A program made the position numbers and the translations under genes. Source: Desulfobacterales bacterium (GTDB lineage Bacteria > Desulfobacterota > Desulfobacteria > Desulfobacterales > JAOZSB01). From it: DNA of 48,682 bases. The notes beneath the pieces are model-generated. The model saw only the letters and a list, made by a program, of their open reading frames with translations. It was not told the DNA's origin and did not search any database. Below, in pieces: positions 37,870 to 45,813 of this stretch (positions within the stretch are counted from its first letter, which is position 1; every line of letters starts with the position of its first letter). Where the stretch lies: the NCBI GenBank assembly GCA_029939895.1, contig JAOZSB010000002.1, positions 1 through 48,682 of the forward strand, given 5' to 3'.

Positions 37870-38047
37870 TCGTATAGCCGGTGTGCTTTAGCCATCGGTT
37901 CAGATTCCCAACCAAACCCCGCTCGTCCTGAAGGGACGATGTAATTATAACCACATAGTCCCTTCAGGACGAGAGAGATAGGTACGATTTATTCCGGTGG
38001 TTAAGGCACACCGGCTATACGAAATAACCCCTGCCGGGGTTTTTTTT
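37870..38047 (+). ncRNA. Candidate structured RNA (or palindromic DNA element): long nested hairpin ending in an intrinsic terminator
   Basis: Outer stem 37871-37886 / 38006-38021 (16 bp perfect) extends 12 more pairs (37887-37898 / 37994-38005) with 3 G-U pairs valid only on the plus strand. Internal loop 23 / 20 nt. Inner stem 37922-37937 / 37958-37973 (16 bp perfect) with a 20-nt loop. A terminator follows at 38026-38047. No ORF. Confidence 0.35.
38026..38047 (+). terminator. Rho-independent terminator on the plus strand
   Basis: aacccc-tgcc-ggggtt followed by ttttttt. No plus-strand CDS lies upstream. Confidence 0.6.
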
Positions 38048-38053
38048 ATCTTT

Positions 38054-38127
38054 CCTGATAAACTTAACAGCAACATCGAAACTTTTAGCTTAGTTTATGC
38101 CGAAGGCCTGGTTATGACATAAGCAAA
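38054..38127 (-). repeat. Direct repeat D1 (downstream of the RR-GGDEF gene)
   Basis: It aligns to D2 (39113..39188) at roughly 75-80% by eye: cct.ataaacttaa.ag.aacatc...cttagtttat...aagg.ctggttatga.ataagcaaa. Confidence 0.8.
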
Positions 38128-38173
38128 AAACTCCGGTTTTTCCTGATTTTTACCGAAGACAATTTATTTCAAT

Positions 38174-39100
38174 TTACTCTGAACAGTCAACACTGCTATA
38201 TCTGTTCCTGCCAGTCTCCTTTGCATTATAAAGGCACTTATCAGCTTCTTCTATCAATGCAAGGGGTGTTGAATTGTCGCCAGGGATCGTGGTTGCAACA
38301 CCCAGGCTTATGGTGACATGCTCTGATGCCTCGTTTGCTTCATGAAGAACTTTCAGCGCCTCTACGTTTTCACGCATTTTTTCTGCCAGTGGGATTGCGT
38401 TTTCACAGCCAGTATCAGGGAGTATTGCAGCAAACTCTTCACCGCCATACCGCGCCACAAGGTCAGCCGGCCTTTGGGGAGTATTGCTCAGGGTCTGGGC
38501 AACACTTCGCAGACACTCATCCCCGGCAGCGTGTCCATAGGAATCGTTGTACTTTTTAAAGAAATCAATATCTATCAAAACCAGGGACAATGATTCCTTG
38601 TCCCGCTTTGCTCTGTTCCACTCTGTTGTGAGGGTTTCGTCAAAGCTTCTCCTGTTGGGAATTTCCGTCAGCCCGTCTATGGATACCAGTTTTTCGAGCA
38701 TATCGGTTTTCCGCTTCAGTTGCAGATGCATTTTCACACGTACATTAACAATCTTCGGGTTAAAGGGCTTGGTAATATAGTCAATGCCGCCAAGCTCAAA
38801 CCCAAGATACTCATCCTCATCCTCGGACAGCGCAGAAATAAAAATAACCGGAATATTTTTTGTTACAGGGTCTGTCTTCAGCCTTCTGCATACTTCATAG
38901 CCGTCCATTCCAGGCATCATAATATCAAGCAGAATCAGGTCGGGCTGAGATTGAGCAACGTATTCAAGGGCAGCTTCACCGCTTTTTGCAAAGGCCACCC
39001 TGTGTCCGTCGTTTTTCAAGACACTTCCCAAAACCTGTAAATTTTTCGGAACATCATCGACAATAAGAACAAGCTGGTTCAGACTTTTTGTTTCCTGCAT
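38174..39100 (-). CDS. Response regulator receiver + GGDEF diguanylate cyclase (PleD/WspR-like)
   Basis: REC domain with LILLDIMMPGMDG (phospho-acceptor Asp) and KPF. GGDEF domain with active-site RYGGEEF, preceded by the I-site RPAD at the canonical 5-residue spacing. Confidence 0.9.
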   Translation of the reverse strand: MQETKSLNQLVLIVDDVPKNLQVLGSVLKNDGHRVAFAKSGEAALEYVAQSQPDLILLDIMMPGMDGYEVCRRLKTDPVTKNIPVIFISALSEDEDEYLGFELGGIDYITKPFNPKIVNVRVKMHLQLKRKTDMLEKLVSIDGLTEIPNRRSFDETLTTEWNRAKRDKESLSLVLIDIDFFKKYNDSYGHAAGDECLRSVAQTLSNTPQRPADLVARYGGEEFAAILPDTGCENAIPLAEKMRENVEALKVLHEANEASEHVTISLGVATTIPGDNSTPLALIEEADKCLYNAKETGRNRYSSVDCSE

Positions 39101-39112
39101 AATTGTAAATCC

Positions 39113-39188
39113 CCTAATAAACTTAATAGTAACATCAAAATCAGGTACTTAGTTTATATACCTAAGGTCTGGTTATGAAATAAGCAAA
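39113..39188 (-). repeat. Direct repeat D2 (5' leader region of the RR-GGDEF gene)
   Basis: See D1. It ends 13 nt upstream of the gene's ATG (39100). Confidence 0.8.
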
Positions 39189-39231
39189 CATTCATGCCTG
39201 AGTGTTTTACTGCTGATGTTAAAAAAATTCC

Positions 39232-39618
39232 CTATACCATCCTGGCAAGCTGTAACCCCAGCAAACACACCGTCAGACAAATCAGGCAGTTTGCGGCAAT
39301 GTTTATACCGGCCCGCAGGGTTTCCCCGGACTGTAGTAAAAGCACGGTCTCATTGCTGAAGGTCGAAAAAGTAGTAAAGGCCCCCAGAAAACCGATTGTA
39401 AGGCCGACACGCAACAGCTCATTAACCACCATTTTATCAAGAAAAAATTTGGATAAAAATCCAAGCAAAAAAGAGCCAAGAACATTAACCACAAGGGTTC
39501 CATATGGGAAACCGGCCCCAAACAGCCGCGCTGCATAACCTGCCATCAGAAACCGGCTGACAGCTCCGAAAAACCCGCCAATCCCTACTGCCAGCAAATT
39601 TGCAAATGAAAACGACAT
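39232..39618 (-). CDS. crcB: Fluoride ion channel CrcB/FluC
   Basis: 128 aa with 4 TM segments. It has GIGGFFGAVSRF, FPYGTLVVNVLGSFLLG and GFLGAFTTFSTF. Confidence 0.9.
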   Translation of the reverse strand: MSFSFANLLAVGIGGFFGAVSRFLMAGYAARLFGAGFPYGTLVVNVLGSFLLGFLSKFFLDKMVVNELLRVGLTIGFLGAFTTFSTFSNETVLLLQSGETLRAGINIAANCLICLTVCLLGLQLARMV

Positions 39619-39693
39619 ATGAAATAATTTTCTCCCCTGGTGTTATAACGGCTCAAAAAGAGCAAAAAAAAAATTTAGTTGCAATTGCACCTG

Positions 39694-39722
39694 ATTATGC
39701 CGTTTATAAAAGTTACCGTCAA
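39694..39722 (-). promoter_or_regulatory. Candidate sigma70 promoter for crcB
   Basis: The minus strand reads ttgacg (39722-39717), 17-nt spacer, cataat (39699-39694). It would give a ~70-nt leader ending in SD aggggag. Confidence 0.5.
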
Positions 39723-39789
39723 CAGATAATTATCATGCAGATTTTTAAAAAGGGTGTGGAGGAAGCAGGACAGGAAATATTTTTTTGGG

Positions 39790-40500
39790 CTAAACCGATT
39801 TTGCCATTTTCTTTTCAAAATTCAGTTCAGCATCGGAACGCCTGAGATAAACAGGGACAATTTTTTCAGCCGGGCAACCAGCACCCGCATCAAACAAATC
39901 AGCACCAAGAAGTCCGACACCTGCTGCACGTATGAAGTTCCGGTCCCCAGGTGCGAAACTGGCAAGATCCTTGAGCCGCTCTTCAATAACTGATTTATAG
40001 TTAACCGCACCATCGCCAACAAAGATACAGGAACCGCCAGCTTCCCCGGCAATTTCCAAAACAGCGTCAATGCCGGCCACGACTTCATCTCTGGTCTTGG
40101 TAAGAAGCCCGTGCTTTAGTTCATACTGCGCCCAGTAGACCTCGTTCCTTTTTGCAAACAGCATTGCATAAACAGGGCTTGCAGAAAACATCAAACCACT
40201 GGCCAGCGCATCAAGGCTCGAAACCCCGGCAACAGGCTTTCGGGCCGCAAATGCAAGTCCTTTTACGGTGCTTATTCCAATGCGTAAACCAGTAAAACTA
40301 CCAGGGCCCACCGTGACTGCAAAACCATCAAGATCAAGAAGCTCTGTGCTGGTCTTTGCAAGAACATGATCCACCATTTCCAGCAGCCGTCTTGTGTGGG
40401 TGGTGTTTGAAGTAAAACTCACCTCAGCCTTTACAACCCTGTCTTCGATTATCGCAACGCCTGTGCTGAAGGATGCCGTGTCAATGGCCAGAATCTTCAT
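39790..40500 (-). CDS. tsaB: tRNA N6-threonylcarbamoyladenosine biosynthesis protein TsaB (YeaZ)
   Basis: MKILAIDTASFSTGVAIIED and VTVGPGSFTGLRIGISTVKGLAFA. 236 aa. Confidence 0.88.
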   Translation of the reverse strand: MKILAIDTASFSTGVAIIEDRVVKAEVSFTSNTTHTRRLLEMVDHVLAKTSTELLDLDGFAVTVGPGSFTGLRIGISTVKGLAFAARKPVAGVSSLDALASGLMFSASPVYAMLFAKRNEVYWAQYELKHGLLTKTRDEVVAGIDAVLEIAGEAGGSCIFVGDGAVNYKSVIEERLKDLASFAPGDRNFIRAAGVGLLGADLFDAGAGCPAEKIVPVYLRRSDAELNFEKKMAKSV

Positions 40501-40736
40501 ATTGTTTCCTTATAAATATGTTATTTTATCAACTACACCTTTTATTAGAAACAATTTCGAGTTCCGCTAATTAAAATAGTGCATAATAAACCTGATTGTT
40601 ATCATACATCCACCATCCAGACAGTCAAGGAGAATTGACCACTGGGATTTTTGTCAGGAGTTTTTTGTTTATTTCACTGCCTGTACTCCAGCAATATACA
40701 GAACCAGTTTTCACCCGCAAACAGGCACTACCGAAA

Positions 40737-40904
40737 CTATGCTGCAAAGTCGTTAAAGTAATTTTCAGCCTCTTCTATGGTGTCGAAAATCAGCCAGTCA
40801 CGCCATATAACCTTGCCCCATCGTGTTCGAACAAGCTCAATTGTTGTGCTGCCGTGATACTCTATCGCATCTTCATAATCATTAAAAATTAGATCCTTTG
40901 ACAT
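40737..40904 (-). CDS. Unannotated small protein (55 aa): MSKDLIFNDYEDAIEYHGSTTIELVRTRWGKVIWRDWLIFDTIEEAENYFNDFAA
   Basis: Below the ORF-track cutoff. The ATG at 40904 is preceded by caaaggaggcaggaca (AAGGAGG, 7-nt spacing). The composition is acidic and soluble-looking. Confidence 0.5.
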   Translation of the reverse strand: MSKDLIFNDYEDAIEYHGSTTIELVRTRWGKVIWRDWLIFDTIEEAENYFNDFAA

Positions 40905-41130
40905 TGTCCTGCCTCCTTTGTGATGGTTTTAAATTAACAGTTTTGTTCCTTTTTTTGCTTTCTTTATCCATTTTCTGATACCAATATACAGGAAGGGTTT
41001 GACAGATACGGTCACAGGGATTATTCTTTTTTTTTATTTTGAAAAAAAACTGGGAAAATCAGTTTTTTGGGGCGCAGGGCTGTTTTGGGATTTCCCCGGC
41101 AATCAATCATAAAGCTGTAGTTTGGAGACA

Positions 41131-41652
41131 ATGAAAATGGGCGAAATTAAAAGTACAATGGATCTTGTCATGGAACGCACAAAACACCTTTCCATGAGCA
41201 GCGATGAAAAAAATGAGATAAAACAAGCTGAGTTTGAGCAAAAGATTAAGGGAATCCTGACAAAATACACCAGTGGGAGTTCCCGGTTTTCAGAGGCAGA
41301 AAAGGCCCTGGAACCATTTTACTCAGACCACAAGTCCGCTGCAACGCAGGTGCTTGCAGGGTTTATAACCCTTCAAGGCTCCAACACACCGACATTGGAA
41401 CTTTTAGAAGGCGTGTTTGGTGTCGATGTTTCTAAAATTACGGAAATTCTGTCAAGCTGTGAAGAGGAAGTAAAAGTAGAAAAAGAAAAACACCTTGCAG
41501 GCTTTGCAAAAAACCTCGCAGAAACCTCCTCTATCTCAGGCTCCGCAGTGGTTCCATTTATAGATTTCGATAAATCGTGGATCGAGGCAGACTATGAGAT
41601 ATGCAGCAAGTTTGCATCCCGGCTTGATAAGGCCAAGGAAGAGCTTGCCTGA
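41131..41652 (+). CDS. Hypothetical protein (~173 aa, helical, acidic)
   Basis: ggag at 41124-41127 is followed by ATGs at 41131 and 41137; the tracked start at 41122 is TTG. No family recognised. Confidence 0.6.
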   Translation: MKMGEIKSTMDLVMERTKHLSMSSDEKNEIKQAEFEQKIKGILTKYTSGSSRFSEAEKALEPFYSDHKSAATQVLAGFITLQGSNTPTLELLEGVFGVDVSKITEILSSCEEEVKVEKEKHLAGFAKNLAETSSISGSAVVPFIDFDKSWIEADYEICSKFASRLDKAKEELA

Positions 41653-41713
41653 ACTGAGAAACAACCAGGGGTGAGAGCTGCCGTACAATGCGATAAAAAC
41701 ATAAGATGGTGTT

Positions 41714-42493
41714 TTATTTGATAAAACCGTGGGATTTCCAGAGTTGATCCAGCAGACCTTTTTTCTCCATTGCGTCTAAAAGCGCATTAAAGTCCAAGGC
41801 AGAAATACTGCTGCCCTTTCTTGAAAGGATTGTGTGGTTGTATACCTGATCGTACTTTTCTGAAATTAAAAGTTTTTCCTTTATTTGAGGGTGTTTTGCA
41901 ATATATTTTTTAAGATAGGAATCAGTCACAACAGCAATATTGATTCTGTTTTTCAGCACTGGAGCAAAAAGCATTTTCGGTTTTGTGAACAGGGTCATGT
42001 TATGGGTTTTTTTCAAAAATGTTTCATCTGCATCAAATCCTGCAAACCCATAGTGATACCCCAGAAGCCCGGCTATTGACTTACCTTTAAAGGAGTCAAA
42101 ATAATCAGCGCCCTTTTCTGGTGAACTCGAAGCTATATAAACCTCCCCGCCCTTAAGAAACATACGTGATGCCTCGACACCTTTTCCCTGCCATCCCCAT
42201 TGAATGCTTTCAAAAAAAAGGGTGTCAAAAAAGTTGTATTTCAAATCCTTATACCTGCGCTTTGGCGAGGTCTCTACAAATATGAACCTGTATTTTTTTT
42301 GATTATTGTTAAACAGTTCTATCAAATCCAGGGTGACACCCTGCAATTTTGTATTGATTTTATCAACCTTGATCTTTTCTACAAAAGGGGGGAAAATATA
42401 TCCGCCAACCTTGACGATGGTTTCAGAGAAGGCCGCAGACGAGAAGAAGATGATCACCATGAACATCATGAGTATTTTTTTTATTGCGATCAC
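41714..42493 (-). CDS. Periplasmic solute-binding protein, family 3-like (transporter substrate-binding domain)
   Basis: The best start is GTG 42493, 1 nt after the upstream stop and preceded by aggggga. It gives the signal peptide (M)IAIKKILMMFMVIIFFSSAAFS. The mature part VKVGGYIFPPFVEK... has the two-lobe SBP_bac_3 look. Confidence 0.6.
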   Translation of the reverse strand: MIAIKKILMMFMVIIFFSSAAFSETIVKVGGYIFPPFVEKIKVDKINTKLQGVTLDLIELFNNNQKKYRFIFVETSPKRRYKDLKYNFFDTLFFESIQWGWQGKGVEASRMFLKGGEVYIASSSPEKGADYFDSFKGKSIAGLLGYHYGFAGFDADETFLKKTHNMTLFTKPKMLFAPVLKNRINIAVVTDSYLKKYIAKHPQIKEKLLISEKYDQVYNHTILSRKGSSISALDFNALLDAMEKKGLLDQLWKSHGFIK

Positions 42494-42494
42494 G

Positions 42495-43058
42495 CTATTT
42501 CCCCCTGACCTTAACCTGAATTTTATGGGTCTTGGAATCATAAACAAATGTTGCTTTCTGACCGGGTTTCAGGTTTTTCTGGGCCTCGTTGTACTGTGGC
42601 ATCAAGCGGTTTGCCATTTCATCCCTGGATTCTGACGCATCAATATCAAGGTTTTCCCACTTTTCCTTTGAAAGTTTATAAAACTTGTCAACTGCCTTGC
42701 TTTCCTTGTCAGTTAATTTGGTTTGCTCTGGCTTGCCTGCATCCTGGATTTGTTTTCTAACCACGCCAATGCCAATGCCGTCTTCGTCAAAAAGCCTGAC
42801 CCAGTAGCGATGGTGAACAAGAATCATGTGGAGGAGGCTGTCGAGACGCATATGAATTTCTGTGTTGGCAAAGCCGAATCGCCTGTTGTGAATGCTGTTT
42901 TCAAATTTCCTGATTCTGTCTACCAGCCCCTGAAAGTTTGGATTTACAACGGTTTTCCTGTCAGCCAAAAATTTTTTGACCTTAAGATCCATATCCAGCA
43001 CTTCTTTTTTAAAATTTGAGAGTGCGCTGATTACTTCTGCTTCTGTTATATTTTTCAT
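42495..43058 (-). CDS. Hypothetical protein (187 aa), middle gene of the GGDEF operon
   Basis: The ORF starts 3 nt after the GGDEF gene stop. No recognisable motif. It is hydrophilic and helical. Confidence 0.6.
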   Translation of the reverse strand: MKNITEAEVISALSNFKKEVLDMDLKVKKFLADRKTVVNPNFQGLVDRIRKFENSIHNRRFGFANTEIHMRLDSLLHMILVHHRYWVRLFDEDGIGIGVVRKQIQDAGKPEQTKLTDKESKAVDKFYKLSKEKWENLDIDASESRDEMANRLMPQYNEAQKNLKPGQKATFVYDSKTHKIQVKVRGK

Positions 43059-43061
43059 ACC

Positions 43062-44165
43062 CTATTCGCTTTCTCTTACTACGACAACATTTTTGCCCTT
43101 TGCCTTTGCTTCTTTAAGGGCAGCCCCGGCATTTTTAACCAGAGCAACAAAGGCCTGCTTTGGGTCTGGAAAGTTTCTGTCGATCTCTGCAATACCAATG
43201 CTCATGGTAATGATATCATAAATATACTCGCCACTTTCTTTTTCTACAATATTTTTAAGCGTTCTGGTTTTGACCCTGATAAGTTCTGCCAGCCTGGTTG
43301 CCTTAGCCAGGTCGCCTCCTCTTAAAAGGATAACAAATTCATCTCCGGCATACCTTGCGCACAGGGCTGCATTTGGGTCTGCGTTGTTTTTCAGTATCTT
43401 CAAAATCCCATCACGGGCGATTATTTTTAATGCAAAATCACCAATCTTTGGCCCGAAATTTTTATTAAACTTGGTTAATGAATCGACATTGCACGTCATG
43501 AGATACAGGGGTGTTTGTTTCCGCAGGGCCTGTCCTCCCCATTTGGTAAGAAATTCCCCAAAGGCGCGTTTGTCGGGTATCTGTGTTAATGGATCAATCA
43601 GAGCTTTTTTTCTGGCTTCCTCAACTGCCACCTGGATCTTTGCAGTTTTTTGAACCATCTCTTTTTTTGCTTCGTTAACAGCCACTGCAATATTGTTTGA
43701 GACTTCTGTTTTTACTTCTTCCGATGCGTTTTTATTAAGCTTTATTGCTTTAATGCTTTCGCTGCCGGCCTTTACAAGGGAGTTAATGCTGTCGCCGGAA
43801 ATTGCCTGCAATGCGCCAATCTGGCTGTTTAGGGCCTGGAGCTTTTCTTCCTTCAGCGTTTCTATTTCCTGCTCCAGCTCTGAAATTCTGCCCTGGAGCA
43901 TTTTGCCTGGTGTATTTTTTAAAAAAACATCTGCAAATGTACTGGCATCGGCACCAAGGCTGCCAACAATCTTTGTAAGCATCCCATATAGTTCCTTGCG
44001 CTCTGCTTCGCCGATGGAGGTGTTGTTTGCTGCTATCTGAAGAAATTGAAAAATGGCCCTAAGATTAAGATCATTTGGGATACCAACGGTTCGTAATTTT
44101 TCACAAATCGGATTACAAGCAGCAGGGATGTCGATTTTTGTCGGCTGTTCTGTCACTATACTCAC
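43062..44165 (-). CDS. GGDEF-domain protein with N-terminal coiled-coil region (active-site variant AGDEF, no I-site)
   Basis: C-terminal domain DPLTQIPDKRAF...LYLMTCNVDSLTKFN...ARYAGDEFVILL...SIGIAE. The N-terminal ~190 aa are coiled-coil-like. The start (GTG 44165) is uncertain, with no SD. Confidence 0.75.
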   Translation of the reverse strand: MSIVTEQPTKIDIPAACNPICEKLRTVGIPNDLNLRAIFQFLQIAANNTSIGEAERKELYGMLTKIVGSLGADASTFADVFLKNTPGKMLQGRISELEQEIETLKEEKLQALNSQIGALQAISGDSINSLVKAGSESIKAIKLNKNASEEVKTEVSNNIAVAVNEAKKEMVQKTAKIQVAVEEARKKALIDPLTQIPDKRAFGEFLTKWGGQALRKQTPLYLMTCNVDSLTKFNKNFGPKIGDFALKIIARDGILKILKNNADPNAALCARYAGDEFVILLRGGDLAKATRLAELIRVKTRTLKNIVEKESGEYIYDIITMSIGIAEIDRNFPDPKQAFVALVKNAGAALKEAKAKGKNVVVVRESE

Positions 44166-44365
44166 TTAGAATTTATATTTTTTTAAGTACTGGTTATTAT
44201 TTCATCATAAAAGCATATGGCAAAAAGTTCAACAGGTTTTTTTAACTTGCAGCAATTACGGCTAATAACATCAATAGTGAAGCTTGTCAGTGAAAATTTC
44301 AATTTATCTGTGCATTTAGTTGCAAAATAAATAAAAAAGACACAATATATAGTACGCATTTATAC

Positions 44366-44394
44366 TTGACACACAAGGTGGAATCCAATAATAT
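44366..44394 (+). promoter_or_regulatory. Candidate sigma70 promoter for the parA-like operon
   Basis: ttgaca (44366-44371), 17-nt spacer, taatat (44389-44394). It lies 65 nt upstream of ATG 44460. Confidence 0.5.
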
Positions 44395-44459
44395 AATAAT
44401 TCACTAATTCTGTACGTATCTTTAGCTAATAAAAAAATATATAAATCGGAGCGTTGTAA

Positions 44460-45173
44460 ATGATTGTCAGCTTTGTTCAAACTAAAGGTGGAACAGGGAA
44501 AAGTACGCTTGCAGTCAACACCTGTTTTTCTGAAACAATGAAAAAAAAATTTGGCTCAATAGCACTTGTCGAACTTGATCCCCAGGGGACTTTAAAAAAC
44601 TGGTGGCAGGAACGGGAGGATGAGGAAAGAGAGACGGGCAATATCTCTTTTCATCATATTTCCAGCACCCAGAAACAGGTATTCCAGGAGGGCATCAAGG
44701 CAATAGCCATGCACAACGAACTGATAATTATGGATATTCCAGGCGAAAGCACCGGCAAGCTCCATACACGGTTTGCCTGCGCCTTTTCAGACCTGACCAT
44801 AATCCCCATGCGCACATCAACAAACGATGAATCGGCATTTGCAGACAACCTGCACCCGATCATAAAGGAAATAATCAGGGTGGCTCCAAATAAATCTGGT
44901 TCATTTTTTGTGCTGCCGGCCTTTGTGCATCCTCAGGCTAAACAGTCTAAGATCATCGAATATTTCAACGACATCCTGCCCCAGAATACAGCGTGCATGG
45001 ACATGGTTTTTCCCACCCGTTCGGTCTATGAAAATTTTAACAGGGAAGGACTCACCCTTGCTGAATACGGCCTTAGCGTAAAAAATAACAAACGACACAA
45101 GAAACAGGTCGATAAGGCGGTCTCTGATATTGAGCAGATCGCAGAATCAATCTTGACTATTTTGGAGAAATAA
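44460..45173 (+). CDS. ParA/MinD-family P-loop ATPase (small, orphan ParA-like)
   Basis: Deviant Walker A with signature lysine: VQTKGGTGKSTLAVN. Walker A' VELDPQG and Walker B LIIMDIPG. 237 aa. SD cggagcg lies before the ATG. Confidence 0.85.
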   Translation: MIVSFVQTKGGTGKSTLAVNTCFSETMKKKFGSIALVELDPQGTLKNWWQEREDEERETGNISFHHISSTQKQVFQEGIKAIAMHNELIIMDIPGESTGKLHTRFACAFSDLTIIPMRTSTNDESAFADNLHPIIKEIIRVAPNKSGSFFVLPAFVHPQAKQSKIIEYFNDILPQNTACMDMVFPTRSVYENFNREGLTLAEYGLSVKNNKRHKKQVDKAVSDIEQIAESILTILEK

Positions 45174-45174
45174 A

Positions 45175-45813
45175 ATGGCGGTTCCAAAAAAAAGAAAAAA
45201 ACTCGACAAGTCCGAAGCAGCCGAGGCTAAAAAAGAAAACTTAGACAAGAAAAAATCCACAAAAGCCAAGGCATCCTCTTCAACAGCCTCATCAACAAAG
45301 GCTCCCAAATCCAAAAAATCCGCCGGCAAAAAAAAGACACCTGTTACAGCCAAAGCCAGGGTTCCAAAAACAGAAAAAGAGCAACCTGTAAAGGCAAAAA
45401 AAGCAGACCCAATCAAGGCCAGGCCAGTTAAAGTCGTGCCTCCAAAGCCTCAACAGGATGAACAAAAAACAGAAGCCGCAACAGCCGGGACAAACAACGG
45501 GCAGTCAGGAAAACTCGACAAAGCTATTTCCATAATGGAAAATATTGACCGTAAAATCCAGGCACAGGATGCGCTGGTTGTTGTTCCTCCCAGGCAGGAG
45601 CAGGCAAATACCAAGGCAGAAGTCGGGCCAACCGGGATTAACTTCAAGCTTTCACTTGATGCAGTTTTGCCGCTGAAATCAGGAGCCAAAGCAAAACCGG
45701 AAAAGACCAAGGTATTTGATCTGGGTTTTAACATCCCCTTTATCTGGGATATTCCAATAATAGGGCCCGTGGCCCAGCAAGTGATAAAGCAATTGAATGC
45801 ATTAAGGAAGTGA
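45175..45813 (+). CDS. Lys/Ala/Pro-rich, probably disordered basic protein (212 aa) with a short hydrophobic C-terminal motif
   Basis: It starts 1 nt after the parA-like stop. The N-terminal ~100 aa are about one third Lys (MAVPKKRKKLDKSEAAEAKKENLDKKKSTKAKASSS...). The C-terminus is GFNIPFIWDIPIIGPVAQQVIKQLNALRK. Confidence 0.6.
   Translation: MAVPKKRKKLDKSEAAEAKKENLDKKKSTKAKASSSTASSTKAPKSKKSAGKKKTPVTAKARVPKTEKEQPVKAKKADPIKARPVKVVPPKPQQDEQKTEAATAGTNNGQSGKLDKAISIMENIDRKIQAQDALVVVPPRQEQANTKAEVGPTGINFKLSLDAVLPLKSGAKAKPEKTKVFDLGFNIPFIWDIPIIGPVAQQVIKQLNALRK

Noticed and set aside
38104-39186. Sigma54-like TGG...GC words inside repeats D1 and D2 (ctggttatga.ataagca)
   Set aside because: The GG to GC spacing is one nt too long relative to TGGCAC-N5-TTGC. 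They are on the plus strand, facing no gene.
39619-39693. Fluoride riboswitch (crcB motif) expected upstream of crcB
   Set aside because: The ~70-nt leader (caggtgcaattgcaactaaattttttttttgctctttttgagccgttataacaccaggggag) does not contain the conserved GGCGATG...AAAC.GCC...GCTGATGA.CCTAC elements as I remember them. An Rfam RF01734 scan would be decisive.
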